Both the position numbers and the translations under genes were made by a program. Positions 50,901 to 62,706 of a stretch of DNA of 64,000 bases are shown piece by piece. The notes under the pieces were generated by a model, which saw only the letters and a program-made list of their open reading frames with translations, was not told the DNA's origin and ran no database searches. The stretch's first letter is position 1, and each line of letters begins with the position of its first letter. This DNA is from Eledone cirrhosa (lineage: Eukaryota): positions 31,434,001 through 31,498,000 of the forward strand of contig OZ024747.1 in NCBI GenBank assembly GCA_964016885.1. The letters run 5' to 3'.

Positions 50901-51074
50901 AGAGCACTAGAAGTTGATGGAAACCGCGGAGTGGGGAGACCCAAGATGACTTGGGATGAGGTGATAAAAGCCGACCTTACCCAACTACACCTCTCAAAGT
51001 CAATGACACACGACCGTGACTTCTGGCGTCACGCAGTAATACAGGGTACCCGACCTCCCATGGGTACATGCTGA
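47955..51074 (+). CDS. RTE ORF: APE endonuclease, reverse transcriptase and PHD-like C4HC3 zinc finger (1039 aa)
   Basis: GTINVG, VQET, AYAP, GDFN, DFIL, QH; KGKGD, NYRGI, QFGF, FVDLEKAFD, QGSVLSP, YADD; CSVC..CPKC..H..C..CSSC; LHGSETW, RRLRWYGH. Confidence 0.97.
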   Translation: MNLRATKHPREAPTQRPSPTSVDKCPKLRVGTINVGSMKGRAGEIVEMLERKEVDVCCVQETRWRGGSARVLVGKSQCYKFFWVGNDDGMGGVGILLADKWVDKVISVYRVNARIIKLRLVLNKTITTIISAYAPQSGLPDELKDRFYESLIHTTALTDDKDFLIIAGDFNGHVGKHCDGFNRVHGGHGVGTRNEEGFRLLEFCDANDMSICNTNFKKPDNHLITYRSGEHSSQLDFILIRGRDRWTVVNTKAFPSEECTSQHSLVVSDLTVRTRRALKQRPTWRRKIWKLKVPSTSNRFKDILLNAYDSKEEQIETFNVEENWEFLKNNLLEATDEVCGWSKTSSRRRVTWWWNNKVDEAVKAKRQAWKEWKNGGSRVHYIETKREARRQVYLARREAEDRKFKHVLQREDQKQEVFKIARQCVRDSCDVIGEKCIRNDKGELALTSAEKKDAWKSHYDRLLNEENAWEEETLPHVDPIEGPAVQVSGSVVSKAIRDMKIGKATGPSGIAAEMLKASGSVGHTITTRIVNQVILEGAIPKDWCSSIIVNCYKGKGDALDRGNYRGIKLMDQVMKVTERVIAQLIRDRVNIDEMQFGFVPGKGTTDALFLVRQLQEKYLAKSKPLYLAFVDLEKAFDRVPRAVIWWALRKLGVDEWLVKAVQAMYRGAVSKVRIGNEYSEEFSVQVGVHQGSVLSPLLFIIVLQAITEEFKTGCPWELLYADDLALIAESMVELENKFQTWKQGLERKGLKVNMTKTKVLISRRENRTQIPSGKWPCSVCRKGVGRNSILCPKCKQWVHKRCSRISGSLIKNVGFTCSSCAETASKQPQETSTTNLWEGPVETVDSFCYLGDRISNGGGCSESTITRVRTGWKKFRELLPLLAAKGFSLRMKGRLYDACIRTAMLHGSETWALKVEDLRRLERNEACMLRWMCNSNIRERQSINELRERLSIRGIKCCVQERRLRWYGHVMRMKDDSCIKRCRALEVDGNRGVGRPKMTWDEVIKADLTQLHLSKSMTHDRDFWRHAVIQGTRPPMGTC

Positions 51075-51405
51075 AGCATATAAACAATATGCCCCCCCCC
51101 CCCACCGCAAGGTGGTCGTGGAGGTGCCACGGCAAAAAAGCACCCAGCCCACACTGTAAAGTGGACGTGTAGGCGCCACGAAAAAGCACCCAGCACTCAC
51201 TGTAAATGAGGTTGGTGTTAGGAAGGGCATCCAGCTGTAGAAATCAAGCCAGATCAGTTCCTGTATGAGCAAGGCATGGTCAGCCGACCAGACACTGCCC
51301 ACAACAGGACAACCCGTCTAACCCATGCTAGCGTGGAAGAACGGACGTAAAACGGTGATGATGATGATGATGATAGTTATGTAATAAACAACATAAGGCA
51401 ATTAT

Positions 51406-51463
51406 TCCATTTACCAGTGGTTTCTTAAAAGCAAAAGATTTTGCTTTCAATCCTCAGAATGAA
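51406..51463 (-). ncRNA. Well-formed hammerhead ribozyme in the PLE pLTR cassette 51374-51603
   Basis: Reverse complement: ttcatt CTGAGGA ttgaaagcaaaa tc ttttgcttttaa GAAA ccactgg TA aatgga. Confidence 0.85.
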
Positions 51464-51602
51464 AAAATCCTGGTCTGTTTATTGAATTTGGATTTTAAAA
51501 ACCAAATTCAATAAACAGACCAGTTATTACATAACTATTAAGCTGTGTTACCTACATAGAGCACTCTTTTTTCCTGGACTTTTCTGACGGAATTACTTCA
51601 TT

Positions 51603-51676
<74 letters not shown>

Positions 51677-51681
51677 ATTGT

Positions 51682-52427
51682 AAGGCAGACTGTATGATGT
51701 GTGTATCCGAACAGCAATGTTACATGGTAGTGAGACCTGGGCGCTGAAGGTGGAAGACTTACGGAGATTAGAAAGAAACGAAGCCTGCATGCTCCGATGG
51801 ATGTGTAATAGTAATATACGCGAACGGCAAAGCATAAATGAATTGAGAGAGAGACTGAGCATAAGAGGAATCAAATGCTGTGTGCAGGAGAGGCGGTTGC
51901 GTTGGTATGGACATGTGATGCATATGAAGGATGACAGCTGCATAAAAAGGTGCAGAGCACTAGAAGTCAATGGAAACCGTGGAGTGGGGAGACCCAAGAA
52001 GACCTGGGATGAGGTGATAAAAACCGACCTTACCCAATTACACCTCTCAAAGGCGATGACATGACCGTGACATCTGGTGTCACCCAGTAATACAGAGTAC
52101 CCAACCTCCCATGGGTACAAGCTGAAGCATCTAGACAATATGCCCCCACAGCCTCTCACTGCAAGGTGGTCATGGAGGTGCCATGGCAAAAAAGCACCCA
52201 GCCCACACTGTAAAGTGGACGTGTAGGCACCACGGAAAAAGCACCCGGGACTCACTGTAAATGAGGTTGGTGTTAGGAAGGGCATCCAGCTGTAGAAATC
52301 AAGCCAAAATCAGTTCCTGTATGAGCAAGGCATGGTCAGCCGACCAGACACTGCCCACAACAGGACAACACGTCTAACCCATGCTAGCATGGAAAAACGG
52401 ACGTAAAACGGTGATGATGATGATGAT
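51682..52427 (+). mobile_element. RTE family A 3' fragment
   Basis: Matches 50630-51373. Confidence 0.92.
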
Positions 52428-52440
52428 ATGTATATATGTA

Positions 52441-52778
52441 TCATCATCATCATCATTTCACGTCCGTTTTTCCCTGCTTGCAAGGGTGGGACGGGAACTG
52501 ATTCTGGCTTTATTTCAACAGCTGGATACCCTTCCTAACACCAACCTCATTTACAGTGAGTGCTTGGTACTTCGTTTCCGTGGCGCCTACACATCCACTT
52601 AACAGTTCAATGATAGGGACCCCAGTCCCTATCATCTCATTTCTACAGCTGAGTAAACTGAAGCAATGTAAAATAAAGAGTCTTGCTCAGGTAAACAACA
52701 CATCACCCGGTCTGAGAATTGAACTCACAACCTTTCGATTGCAAGGCCAATGCTCTAACCACTAAGCCATGTGCCTCC
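52441..52778 (-). mobile_element. SINE family 2, full length
   Basis: Similarity to 5968-6302. Confidence 0.88.
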
Positions 52779-53524
52779 ATATAAGTATATACTATGTGTC
52801 AATATTTGTCACAGGTGTAGTGTTTGTACCAGAGTTTTCAAGTCGCTGGCTGGACTAAAATTCACACTTGTTTAGCGCATCGGTAGGGGTTTTCCTACAT
52901 GGATATAAAGTAGTGGCCGTACTCGAAAACGAGTTGGCAGCCACCATGTATATATATATGTGTGTGTGTATGTATGTATGTATGTATATATATATCCGGG
53001 AGAGATGACCCCTTAGCCTTTGTCAAGGCAGAATTCTAGGAGAAGGAAAACTCTGATATAACACCTGCAACCCTGATGGTATCCAATGATGTTGACTTGT
53101 TCTTCTTTTTGGTAAATATCATCTTGGCTAAGAGAGTGGGACTGGCTTTGTGCAGTGCCTTTGCTTACTATAAAAGCTTCACGGCACAGGCATTACTTTG
53201 TATTTGGAGATCTCTCTGCACTTGTCATCACGTGGTGCCATGTGCACTATGTGTCAATAATTGTCACAGGTGTAGTGTTTGTACCAGAGTTTTCAATTTG
53301 CTGGCTGGACTAAAAAGTCACACTTGTTTAGCGCATCGGTAGGGTTTCTCGTACATGGATATAAAGTGGCCATACTCGAAAAACAAGTTGGCAGCCACCA
53401 TATATATATATTATTATTGTTTATTATTATTATTACTATATATATATATATAGGTGTATATATATAGGTGTGTATATATATATATATATAGGTGTGTATA
53501 TATATATAGGTATATATATGTATA

Positions 53525-53628
<104 letters not shown>

Positions 53629-53634
53629 TGTATA

Positions 53635-53763
<129 letters not shown>

Positions 53764-54257
53764 GTGTGTATATATATATATAGGTGTGTATATATACATA
53801 TATATATATCTATATAGGTATGTATATAAGTATATATATATATATATATATAGGTGTGTGTATATATATATATATAGGTGTATCATCATCATCATCATCA
53901 TCATTGTTTGACGTCCATCTTCCACGCTAGCATGCGTTTGGACAGGAATTTTCCCACTTGTGGGAAGATTGGTTGTCTTGCTCATATAGGACTGTCTGGC
54001 GGGTTTTCTACCGCTGGATACCCTTCCTAACACCAACCACATTACAGCGTGGACTGTGTTTTTTTGTCGTGACACCTACACGACCCCATTTGTTTCGGAC
54101 TGGTGTATATATATATAAATATAGGTGTATATATATATATATATATATAGGTGTATATATATATATATACATAGGTGTATATATATATATATATATAGGT
54201 CTATATATATATATATATATATATAGGTCTATATATATATATATAGGAAAATAGGGC

Positions 54258-55595
54258 ACTGGTCCCATCTGGGAAATGGCCATGCTCAGTGTGTAGGAAA
54301 GGAGTAGGTAGAAACTCCATTTTATGTCTCAAATGCAAAGTATGGGTGCATAAAAGATGTAGTGGGATCACAGGTAAGCTAACTAAGAATATAGATTTTA
54401 TATGTGGCCGGTGCTCTAGGTGCAATAAGTAGCAGCAAGTGCCCACAGAATACTAGCTCATTCCATTGCACAGATGGTTCTATAGAAATAGTGGACACCT
54501 TTCGTTACCTGGGTGACAAAATCAGCAGTGGTGGAGGGTGCTCTTAAAGTACAGTAGCCAGAGTCAGAACGGGAAGGAAAAAGTTCAGAGAGCTTATACC
54601 ACTATTGGCCGCTAAAGGATTCTCTCTAAAAATTAAAGGCAGGCTGTATGATGCCTGCATACGAACAGCAATGTTACATGGCAGTGAAAATTGGGCATTG
54701 TGTGCAGAGGATATATGCAGACTGGAGAGGAATGAAGCTTGCATGCTCCATTGGATGTGTAATAGTAATATATGTGAACGGCAAAGCATAAATGAACTAA
54801 GTGAGAAATTAGGAATAAGAGGTATCAGATGTTGTTTAATGGAAGATGGACGTTAAACGACGATGATGATGATGATGATGTTGATAGGTGTATATAGACA
54901 TATATATATATATATATAGGTGTATATATATATATATATAAAAATAAAAAATAAAAATTAGGAATAAGAGGGATCAGATGTTGTTTACTCGAGAGAAGAC
55001 TACATTGGTACGGTCACGTGATGCGCATGAAAGACGACAGCTGTATAAAAAAGTGCAGGGCAATAAAAATAGACGGTAGCCACGGAGTAGGCAGACCCAG
55101 AAAAACCTGGGACGACTTGATAAATTCCGACCTCACACACTTACACCCCTCCAAGACAATGTCACTGGACCGAGATCTTTGGCGCTACACAGTAATACAG
55201 AAGACCCACCTTACCTAAGTACAAAGTGAAACCTACTACAGTCAGTAGGCACCTCTAACAAAAATACACCCCGCGTCCAACTACCCCCCACCCCATCCAC
55301 ACCACCCCTTTCAATGTAAAGTTATGTTGGTACCACACCATCCATTTCGAAACAAATGAGGTCGTGAAGGTGTCACGACAAAAAACACACAGTCCATGCT
55401 GTAATGTGGCCGTGTAGGTAACACGGTAAAAACCTCCCAGTCCACACTGTAAACGTGGTTGGTGTTAGGAAGGGCATCCAGCCGTAGAAAACCCGCCAGC
55501 AAGACAACCACTCTTGTCTCAAGTGGGAAAACTCCTGTCCAAACCCATGCAAGCGTGGAAGATGGACGTTAAACGATGATGATGATGATGATGAT
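54258..55595 (+). mobile_element. RTE family D (PHD-bearing relative of A), 3' part in two pieces; a minus-strand 3' UTR fragment lies at 53881-54100
   Basis: [15 protein letters not shown]; LHGSENW; GVGRPRKTWDD; distinct 3' UTR. Confidence 0.88.
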
Positions 55596-55616
55596 GTATA
55601 TATATATATATATATT

Positions 55617-55900
55617 TCATCATCATCATCATCATTTCATTTTCCGTCCGCTTTTTCCCTGCTTGCAAGGGTGGGACGGGAACTGATTCTGGCTTGATTT
55701 CTACAGCTGGATGCCCTTCCTAACACCAACCTCATTTACAGTGAGTGCTGGGTGCTGTTTTGCCGTGGCACCTCCACGACCACTTTGCAGTAGAATGATA
55801 TAAACCCCAGTCCTATCATCTAATTTCTACAGCTGAGTAAACTGGAGCAATGTGAAATAAAGTGTCTTGCTCAAGGAAACAACACATCACCTGGTCGGAA
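55617..55900 (-). mobile_element. SINE family 2, 5'-truncated
   Basis: Similarity to 5968-6230. Confidence 0.85.
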
Positions 55901-55921
55901 ACAACACATCACCCGTATATG

Positions 55922-55954
<33 letters not shown>

Positions 55955-55979
55955 GTATATATATATGTATATATATATG

Positions 55980-56012
<33 letters not shown>

Positions 56013-56013
<1 letters not shown>

Positions 56014-57068
56014 GTAATAATAATAAAATTGAAGACTAAAATCCAAAGAGGGCTCGATAAGGATAAATATATATCGAATATATAAGAACTGTAGAGCAAA
56101 TATTTATTAAATAACAGATTAAAGTTTAAGCAAAGAATCGCTGCTTTCACCCTTAACGGGATCTTCTGAAACTAACAAAGTCAATCTGTAAACGCAGAAC
56201 TGGATATTTCAAAAAACGTTGCAACCGGAGGAAGACAGGAAGACGATACTTTGGTTCGTGAAAACGTTCGCTGGCAAAGAACGGGAAAAAACGAATAATA
56301 CGTCATTAATAGGAGCGGTGAAAAACAATTACGCGCAAAGACAGAACCACGTTTATGGTATAAAAGAGGTCGTAGACTAATATTCTCTTAGTTCTCTGGC
56401 AATGAACGAAAAAACGAAGATAATAAGTCATATGTGGAGCGTGGAGAACAATAGCACGCAAAACCAAAACCAAAACCATGTAAATGGTATAGCAGAAGTC
56501 GTAGACTAAAATTCTAACTAGGAGACCAAATGAATCTCCGCTACAGAGTTAACAACAAAGTAAATAAATACAATACAGAAGTAATAGAAATAAATAAATA
56601 TGTACACGCAAACAAATACGTACATACACAAGCATACGCAAAACCTTACCATAAGTATACAAAACCACGCACATATATATGTGTGTGTGTGTATGCTTGT
56701 GTACAAATAAATAAATAATTGTTTCTACTTTAGGCACAAGGCCAGCAATTATCCAGTGCATTACTGGTACTTTATTTTATCGACCCCGTAAGGATGAAAG
56801 GCAAAGTCAACCTCGGCGGGATTTGAACTCAGATCGTAGAGGGACGTAACTATGCTGGAAAGCATGGCGTCCGACCCTCTACCGATACTGCCAATCCACC
56901 GCCCTTACAAATAAATAAATAATGAGAGAATATTTGTCTTCCTCCGGTTGCAACGTTTTTTGAAATATCCAGTTCTGCGTTTACAGATTGACTTTGTTAG
57001 TTTCAGAAGATCCCGTTAAGGGTGAAAGCAGCGATTCTTTGCTTAAACTGTAATCTGTTATTTAATAA

Positions 57069-57071
<3 letters not shown>
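56013..57071. mobile_element. PLE pLTR cassette with 137-bp inverted arms, each carrying a CAGAAGA hammerhead (56123-56173 -, 56999-57049 +)
   Basis: agttt CAGAAGA t ccc gttaa ggg t GAAA gca gcgattctt tgc TT aaact; 56100-56237 is the reverse complement of 56935-57071. Confidence 0.75.
56720..56905 (-). mobile_element. SINE family 1, full length with an 18-bp TSD
   Basis: A box tggcagtatcgg, B box gagttcaaatcc; TSD tacaaataaataaataat at 56702 and 56906; core recalls the Meta-type SINE domain (unverified). Confidence 0.92.
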
Positions 57072-57100
<29 letters not shown>

Positions 57101-57116
57101 GTATATATATATATAG

Positions 57117-57166
<50 letters not shown>

Positions 57167-57189
57167 ATATATATAGATATATATATATA

Positions 57190-58250
57190 TCTACCAAATT
57201 ACCATTCCTAGATATAATGGTAATCAAAAACGACACCACCATTACCACGGATATATATTATAAACACGCAGACACCCATCAATATCTGAATTTTAAGTCG
57301 TACCATCCACCTCATACAAAACGCAACATCCCATACTGCCTAGCCAGAAGCATTTATACCATTGTAGAAGACACGAATACCAGGAACAAATGCCTATCAG
57401 AACTGTGAGAATATTTGCTCAAACAAAAATACCTATCTCTACTCATAGAACAATACAAAAAATTAGGCCAACCCAAGGAAGAAGAAACCAAGAACTGGCC
57501 ATACCATTTATAATGACACACAACCCATGTCACCAGAATATCTTCAACATTGCTCAAAGTAATGAATGAAGAGGTTTAATCACAGACCGATCTTTGACTC
57601 TTAGTAAAAGACAGCTGAAAAATTTGAAGCAATTACTAACAAAGGCAAAGTTTGACCTTAACAACAAAGACCAATCATTCACTGTATCTAAAAGTCGATG
57701 TGGCACATGTCAATCCATACACACTGGTCAATATATGAACACAAAAACTGGAAAAATATTCCCAAATGCAAATATGAACTGCAAAAGCAGAAATCTAACT
57801 TACTGCATTAAATGCCCGAATTGTGAAGAACTATATGTCGGTCAAACTGGAAATGTGCTATCGGAACGTGCACGGGTGCACCAACAGCAAATCAGAGACC
57901 CAAATGTCCGTCAGATACCCCTGAGTAACCATCTAGCAACATGTGATCAGAAAATATTTATAATATTTCCATTCTACAAATTACACAGCCCAAGTAAAAT
58001 CAAGAGAAAAATTAAAGGAAAAGAATTTTTTTGATAAATTCCAAGCCAAGCTAAATGAACAATAATAATGCTTAGGGGTATTACACCTACTATGACTACG
58101 CCTACGACCATGTCGACTACCACCACTAACAACAACATCAACAATAATAATAATAAAAGTGATGTTGATGGTGATGATTACTGAAGATCTTTTATAAAAA
58201 CCCTAGAAAAGGCTATTTTCATCATTTCTAAAAATAGCAAAACAATTGAT
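57190..58250 (+). mobile_element. Neptune-like PLE fragment: RT thumb, GIY-YIG and a degenerate HHR (58178-58250)
   Basis: [31 protein letters not shown]; CGTC..C.SRNL.YCI.C..C..YVGQT. Confidence 0.88.
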
Positions 58251-58974
58251 GCTTTGGACCAGACACTGCCCACAACAGGACAACCCGTCTGACCCATGCT
58301 AGCATGGAAGAACGGATGTAAAACGGTGATGATGATGATGATGATGATGATGATATATAAATACATATATATATATATGTGTGTGTATAATATGTATGTG
58401 TTTATGTATAATATGTGTGTATATACATATACACACACATATATATAACAGGTTTCTATACAATTTTCATCAATGGTCAACCCAAGGCTATACCAGAAGA
58501 CATTTTTCAAATGTGCAACACATCCAGATCGAACCGAAAGCTATTGAGTTTTAAATGAAATCTCTTAACCATGAGTTCAATGTTAAAATAATCTCATATT
58601 CTAAGAGTGATTCAATTATATCGAATATACAATTACCTTTTCAACTCTATTTCTTTAAGTTTGAAAGTTTCCTTCCATTGTTTAAAGGTCATCATTGAAT
58701 ATTGAAAACAAAAAAAGAATTCTTATTTCAAATGAAAAACCAAAAGTATCGACCCTGCTTTGTCATTATTTGGAGAAATTTTGGAATTAAACGAGGTTTT
58801 TCTTTCTTTTCTGATAGTTTTTTTTTTTAATATGTTATTTTATTTTTTTTTAGTTTTGGTAAAATTAATTAATAATTCTTGAGTTGAGATAACAAAAGAC
58901 CACAAGTGGACACATATGTTGTAGAGCACACTTATCCAACCCATGCCACTGCATGATGGGCAAGTAAAACATGT

Positions 58975-59320
58975 TATGGTGTTGGTTGTGGTGAGGATGA
59001 TGGCCTTAGTGGATATGATGATGATAATGGTGGTGATTGCGGTGTTGGTGTTTGTGTGGGTGATGATGGTGCTTTTTGTAATGAGGATGATGATAATGAC
59101 TTGATGATGATGGTGATAGTAGTGGGGGTAGAGGTGGTGGTGGTGGTGGTGGCATAGGTGGTGGTGGTGGCAGAGGTGGTGGTTGTGAAGTTGGTGGTAA
59201 TGGTGGTTTTTGTAGTGATGATGATGACTATGGTGGTGGTGATGATGGTTGTAGTGGAGATGATAATGGCTATGGTGTTGGTGGTAGTGATGACTGACTG
59301 ATGATGATGATGATGATTTA
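58975..59320. repeat. GGT/GAT trinucleotide low-complexity tract
   Basis: Direct reading. Confidence 0.9.
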
Positions 59321-60424
59321 GTTTTGCAATAAGAACATATTTTTAAATTAAAAATGACTTTTATGTTCTGTGGAAAATATTTATTGGAAATATTAAGTAA
59401 TGACAAAACAAGATGCAGAATGAAATTACAAAACAAAACAAAACATAGAAAGTAGAATATAAAGAGAGCAAAAGACAAGTTTATTATGTCTCCATTTATG
59501 ATTTTCATAAAGGGGGTTTAAAATTCTCTGACAAATGAATTATAGTTCTCGTTTAATAGCCTATCATTGAATGATATTTACAAAAACAAAAACACACATA
59601 AAACTTTTTTTAAAAGGATCAAAGACATTTCAACAAAAGAATTTTGAAATTACTTGGAGAAAACATTAAATATTGAAAATAGTTTATCAATGGATTTTAC
59701 AAATAAAGATTTATGTAATTTTAAAAAGTTTCCCATACATTATTTGAACAACTACACACAGTTGTTTGTAATTATAAGTTAATTAAGGAGCATGTTTGTC
59801 CAAATTAGGCTGTGGCCTTCTATAGGATGCAAGTGATAGAACCATACAGTTATAGAGTTTCGGCAGAAATCACAAAGAAGAGAAATAATATAATTTTCCT
59901 CAGTTGAAATGTTTACACTGTATATCAGGTAACAAAAGATACATTGGAATTATTATGTGCAGCTTGTTTATTTTAAGAGAAATTTGATGTACCATTTATT
60001 CATTTTATTACTGTTGCACAAACATACACATACACCACATACACTCTCCTTCTCACACACACATACACCATATATACGCACTCTCATTTTCCCTCACACA
60101 CATATACGTGGATATATATGTATAAATATGTATAAATGTATATATGTTATATACATGCATATATAAAGTACATTAAAATATAAACAAAGGATACATTTTT
60201 AGCATATATTTTATATTATGTTACAAAGTTAGAGGTCTCAATAAAATTAAGTAATGATGGAATATTTCCTTTATGACCAAAAATATGTGTGAAGCACAGG
60301 CACACACATGTTCAACATAGAGTTGAGAGGACACACACATATGTCCATTATAGGGATGACACACACACACACAGACAGACATGTACACGTCCAACATAAG
60401 GACACACACATATATATGTCCAGC

Positions 60425-60552
60425 ATAGGAATGCTGGGACCGGTGTATTGCTGTGAAAGGTGACTATTTCGAAGATGATGATGTTAAAACTTAGGTAAAT
60501 ATATGATTTTTTTATACATAACAAGTTTGGGAACTTTTTGATATCACCTTAT
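60425..60552 (+). mobile_element. Mariner 3'-terminal relic
   Basis: WDRCIAVKGDYFEDD transposase C-terminal motif followed by TIR-like gggaactttttgatatcacct. Confidence 0.65.
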
Positions 60553-62520
60553 ATGTACCATTATCATTTCTAAATTAGTAGAGTGAAATTTATCAGTCAT
60601 TTCTAGCAGGTCAATCAATATAAGATATAATGGTTCCCTGTTTCCTTTTCCTAGCATTCAGTCAACTTTTTGTCAATATGTCTCCTTTGCCAAAGCTTAC
60701 AAATAGTAACATATATTACACAACCAGAAAAAATAAATGCTTAGCGAACAAGTATAGCAAAGTGTTCTGAGATAAATAACAAAAAAGTTTATTTCATCTT
60801 CATTGTCTTGTGCAAACTGCTATTTGATTGCTGTTTTAAGTTTATCTTATTCTTTTCATTGTGTGAAGAATATTTCTGTTTCCTTTAAAGCCTGTCATTC
60901 TCTAATAATATGGTTTTCCAACTTTGGATCATTTAGAAGAAAAGAAAAGTTGATGTGCAGTTTGTATTCTCTAATAAGACAACCTGAGATATTCATCCTA
61001 ACAGATAAAAAAGATGAATTAGATGTTTAAGAAAACAAAAGATCCAAGAAACATTTCCCTGAGCTCAAAAAGGTAGTGGTGGTTGTTTGAAGTGGTGATG
61101 GTGGTGGTGTGGTAGTCATCGTTGTCATCGCAACCGTCATCACCATTATCATCATCATCATCATCATCATCACTGTCTTAGCATGTTAGATGAGTCTTCC
61201 CATTTGAGACAAGTCAGATCAGGTGATACAGAACTGTTTCTGGCTTGGTTTCTATTGTTGGATGCCCTTCTTAATGCCATCATGTTTTTATATCCATTCT
61301 TCCTTGCTGGCACAAATATAAATGGAATGATTTGAAGCAATGTTCCTCTTTTTCTTTTTTTTACAGCAAGATGCTCTTGGGCTGTGTTGTGTTTTGCGTT
61401 CTTGAGCAAAACACTACATTGCACATTGCTCCAGTAAACTCAGCTGAAAATGAGTACCAGCAATAGTTGGGAATTTAACCCTACGATAGACTGGTATCCT
61501 GTCCAGAGGGAAGTATAGTACTCTCAGTCACTTCATGCCATAAATCTCTTTCTCCCATGCATTCTAATTCAGTAATCTTTCATAAATGCAATGTGTGAAA
61601 TTTAGAAGCAACTACAAGAAAGCTCTCTAGTTGGCCCTTATTCACCATCCACTTTATAGTTCTACTGTGGCCAACCATGCCAAGCTTTAATCATTATATG
61701 GTGCCTTATTATGTCTTGTTTGAAGCAGTCTTTTGAAAGTTAATTGTCTTGGTTTGGGATAAAATGTGTATACTAGTAATGTAATAAGTGCCAACATTTG
61801 TTTCACTAGAAATTCAACACTCTATATTGTGTTGGATAAATGCAACTGTCTTCCAACAATAAATTTCCTCTTAATTGAGCTACTTCTTTTACTACGGGGC
61901 AAATTTATTGCCAAAACATAATATATCTTGCTATTTCCCAAAGACTGGGAAAAAACATGTAATGGTCAGGTTTCGGTATTGGTGAAGCCAATACAATTGA
62001 ATTGGAACTCACAATATATTTTGTGTAATATTTTGTATAATCTTTTTTTTTTTTCTATTCTTGTACATTATTGTAATGACTTAATCCCTGTAGAGTAATT
62101 ATAATTGTTAGCTTTAATTAAAAGAACGATATGTAAGAGAAAATATGTAAAAACAACCAACAACAAATCAAAACAATATAAACAACAAGAGTAAAAAATA
62201 GAGTATAAACAACAAGATTAAAAATAGTGGTTGTAAGTATTGTTGAAAGAGGACAGGGGGTTACATAACTGAATTTATGATGATTGGCTTTAGATGTTTA
62301 AGAAATGATTGCTCCAGCAAAGCTTTATTACTGATTGTTTTAGTTCACTAAAATTAACAGAAACAATATAGTACCATACTACATTACATTGTTGAGTTTC
62401 ATGCAACCTCTGTATTCTGAAATCCAATCCTTATTGGCTTGAGTGTAACTTTTAGCTCCTCACCACCTAGGATCATTATCATATGTACCAGTAATACACT
62501 GATGTTAATAGCTTGATTAA

Positions 62521-62706
62521 TAATTGTTTCTACTTTTGGCACAAGGCCTGCAATTACCCAGTACATTACTGGTACTTTATTTTAGCGACCCCGTAAGGAT
62601 GAAATGCAAAGTTAACTTCGGCGGGATTTGAACTCAGAATGTAAAGGGACGTAACTATGCTGGAAAGCATGTTCGACCCTCTACCGATGCTGCCAATTCA
62701 CCACCC
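62521..62706 (-). mobile_element. SINE family 1, full length with TSD
   Basis: TSD tagcttgattaa at 62509 and 62707. Confidence 0.92.

Larger units (their letters stand above)
47241..51373 (+). mobile_element. Apparently full-length RTE family A LINE; the 5' boundary is inferred
   Basis: Intact ORF, 300-nt 3' UTR, (GAT)n tail; unique sequence starts after (TA)n at 47240. Confidence 0.85.

Noticed and set aside
48395-50944. Long antisense ORFs over RTE copies
   Set aside because: Shadows of the sense RT ORF
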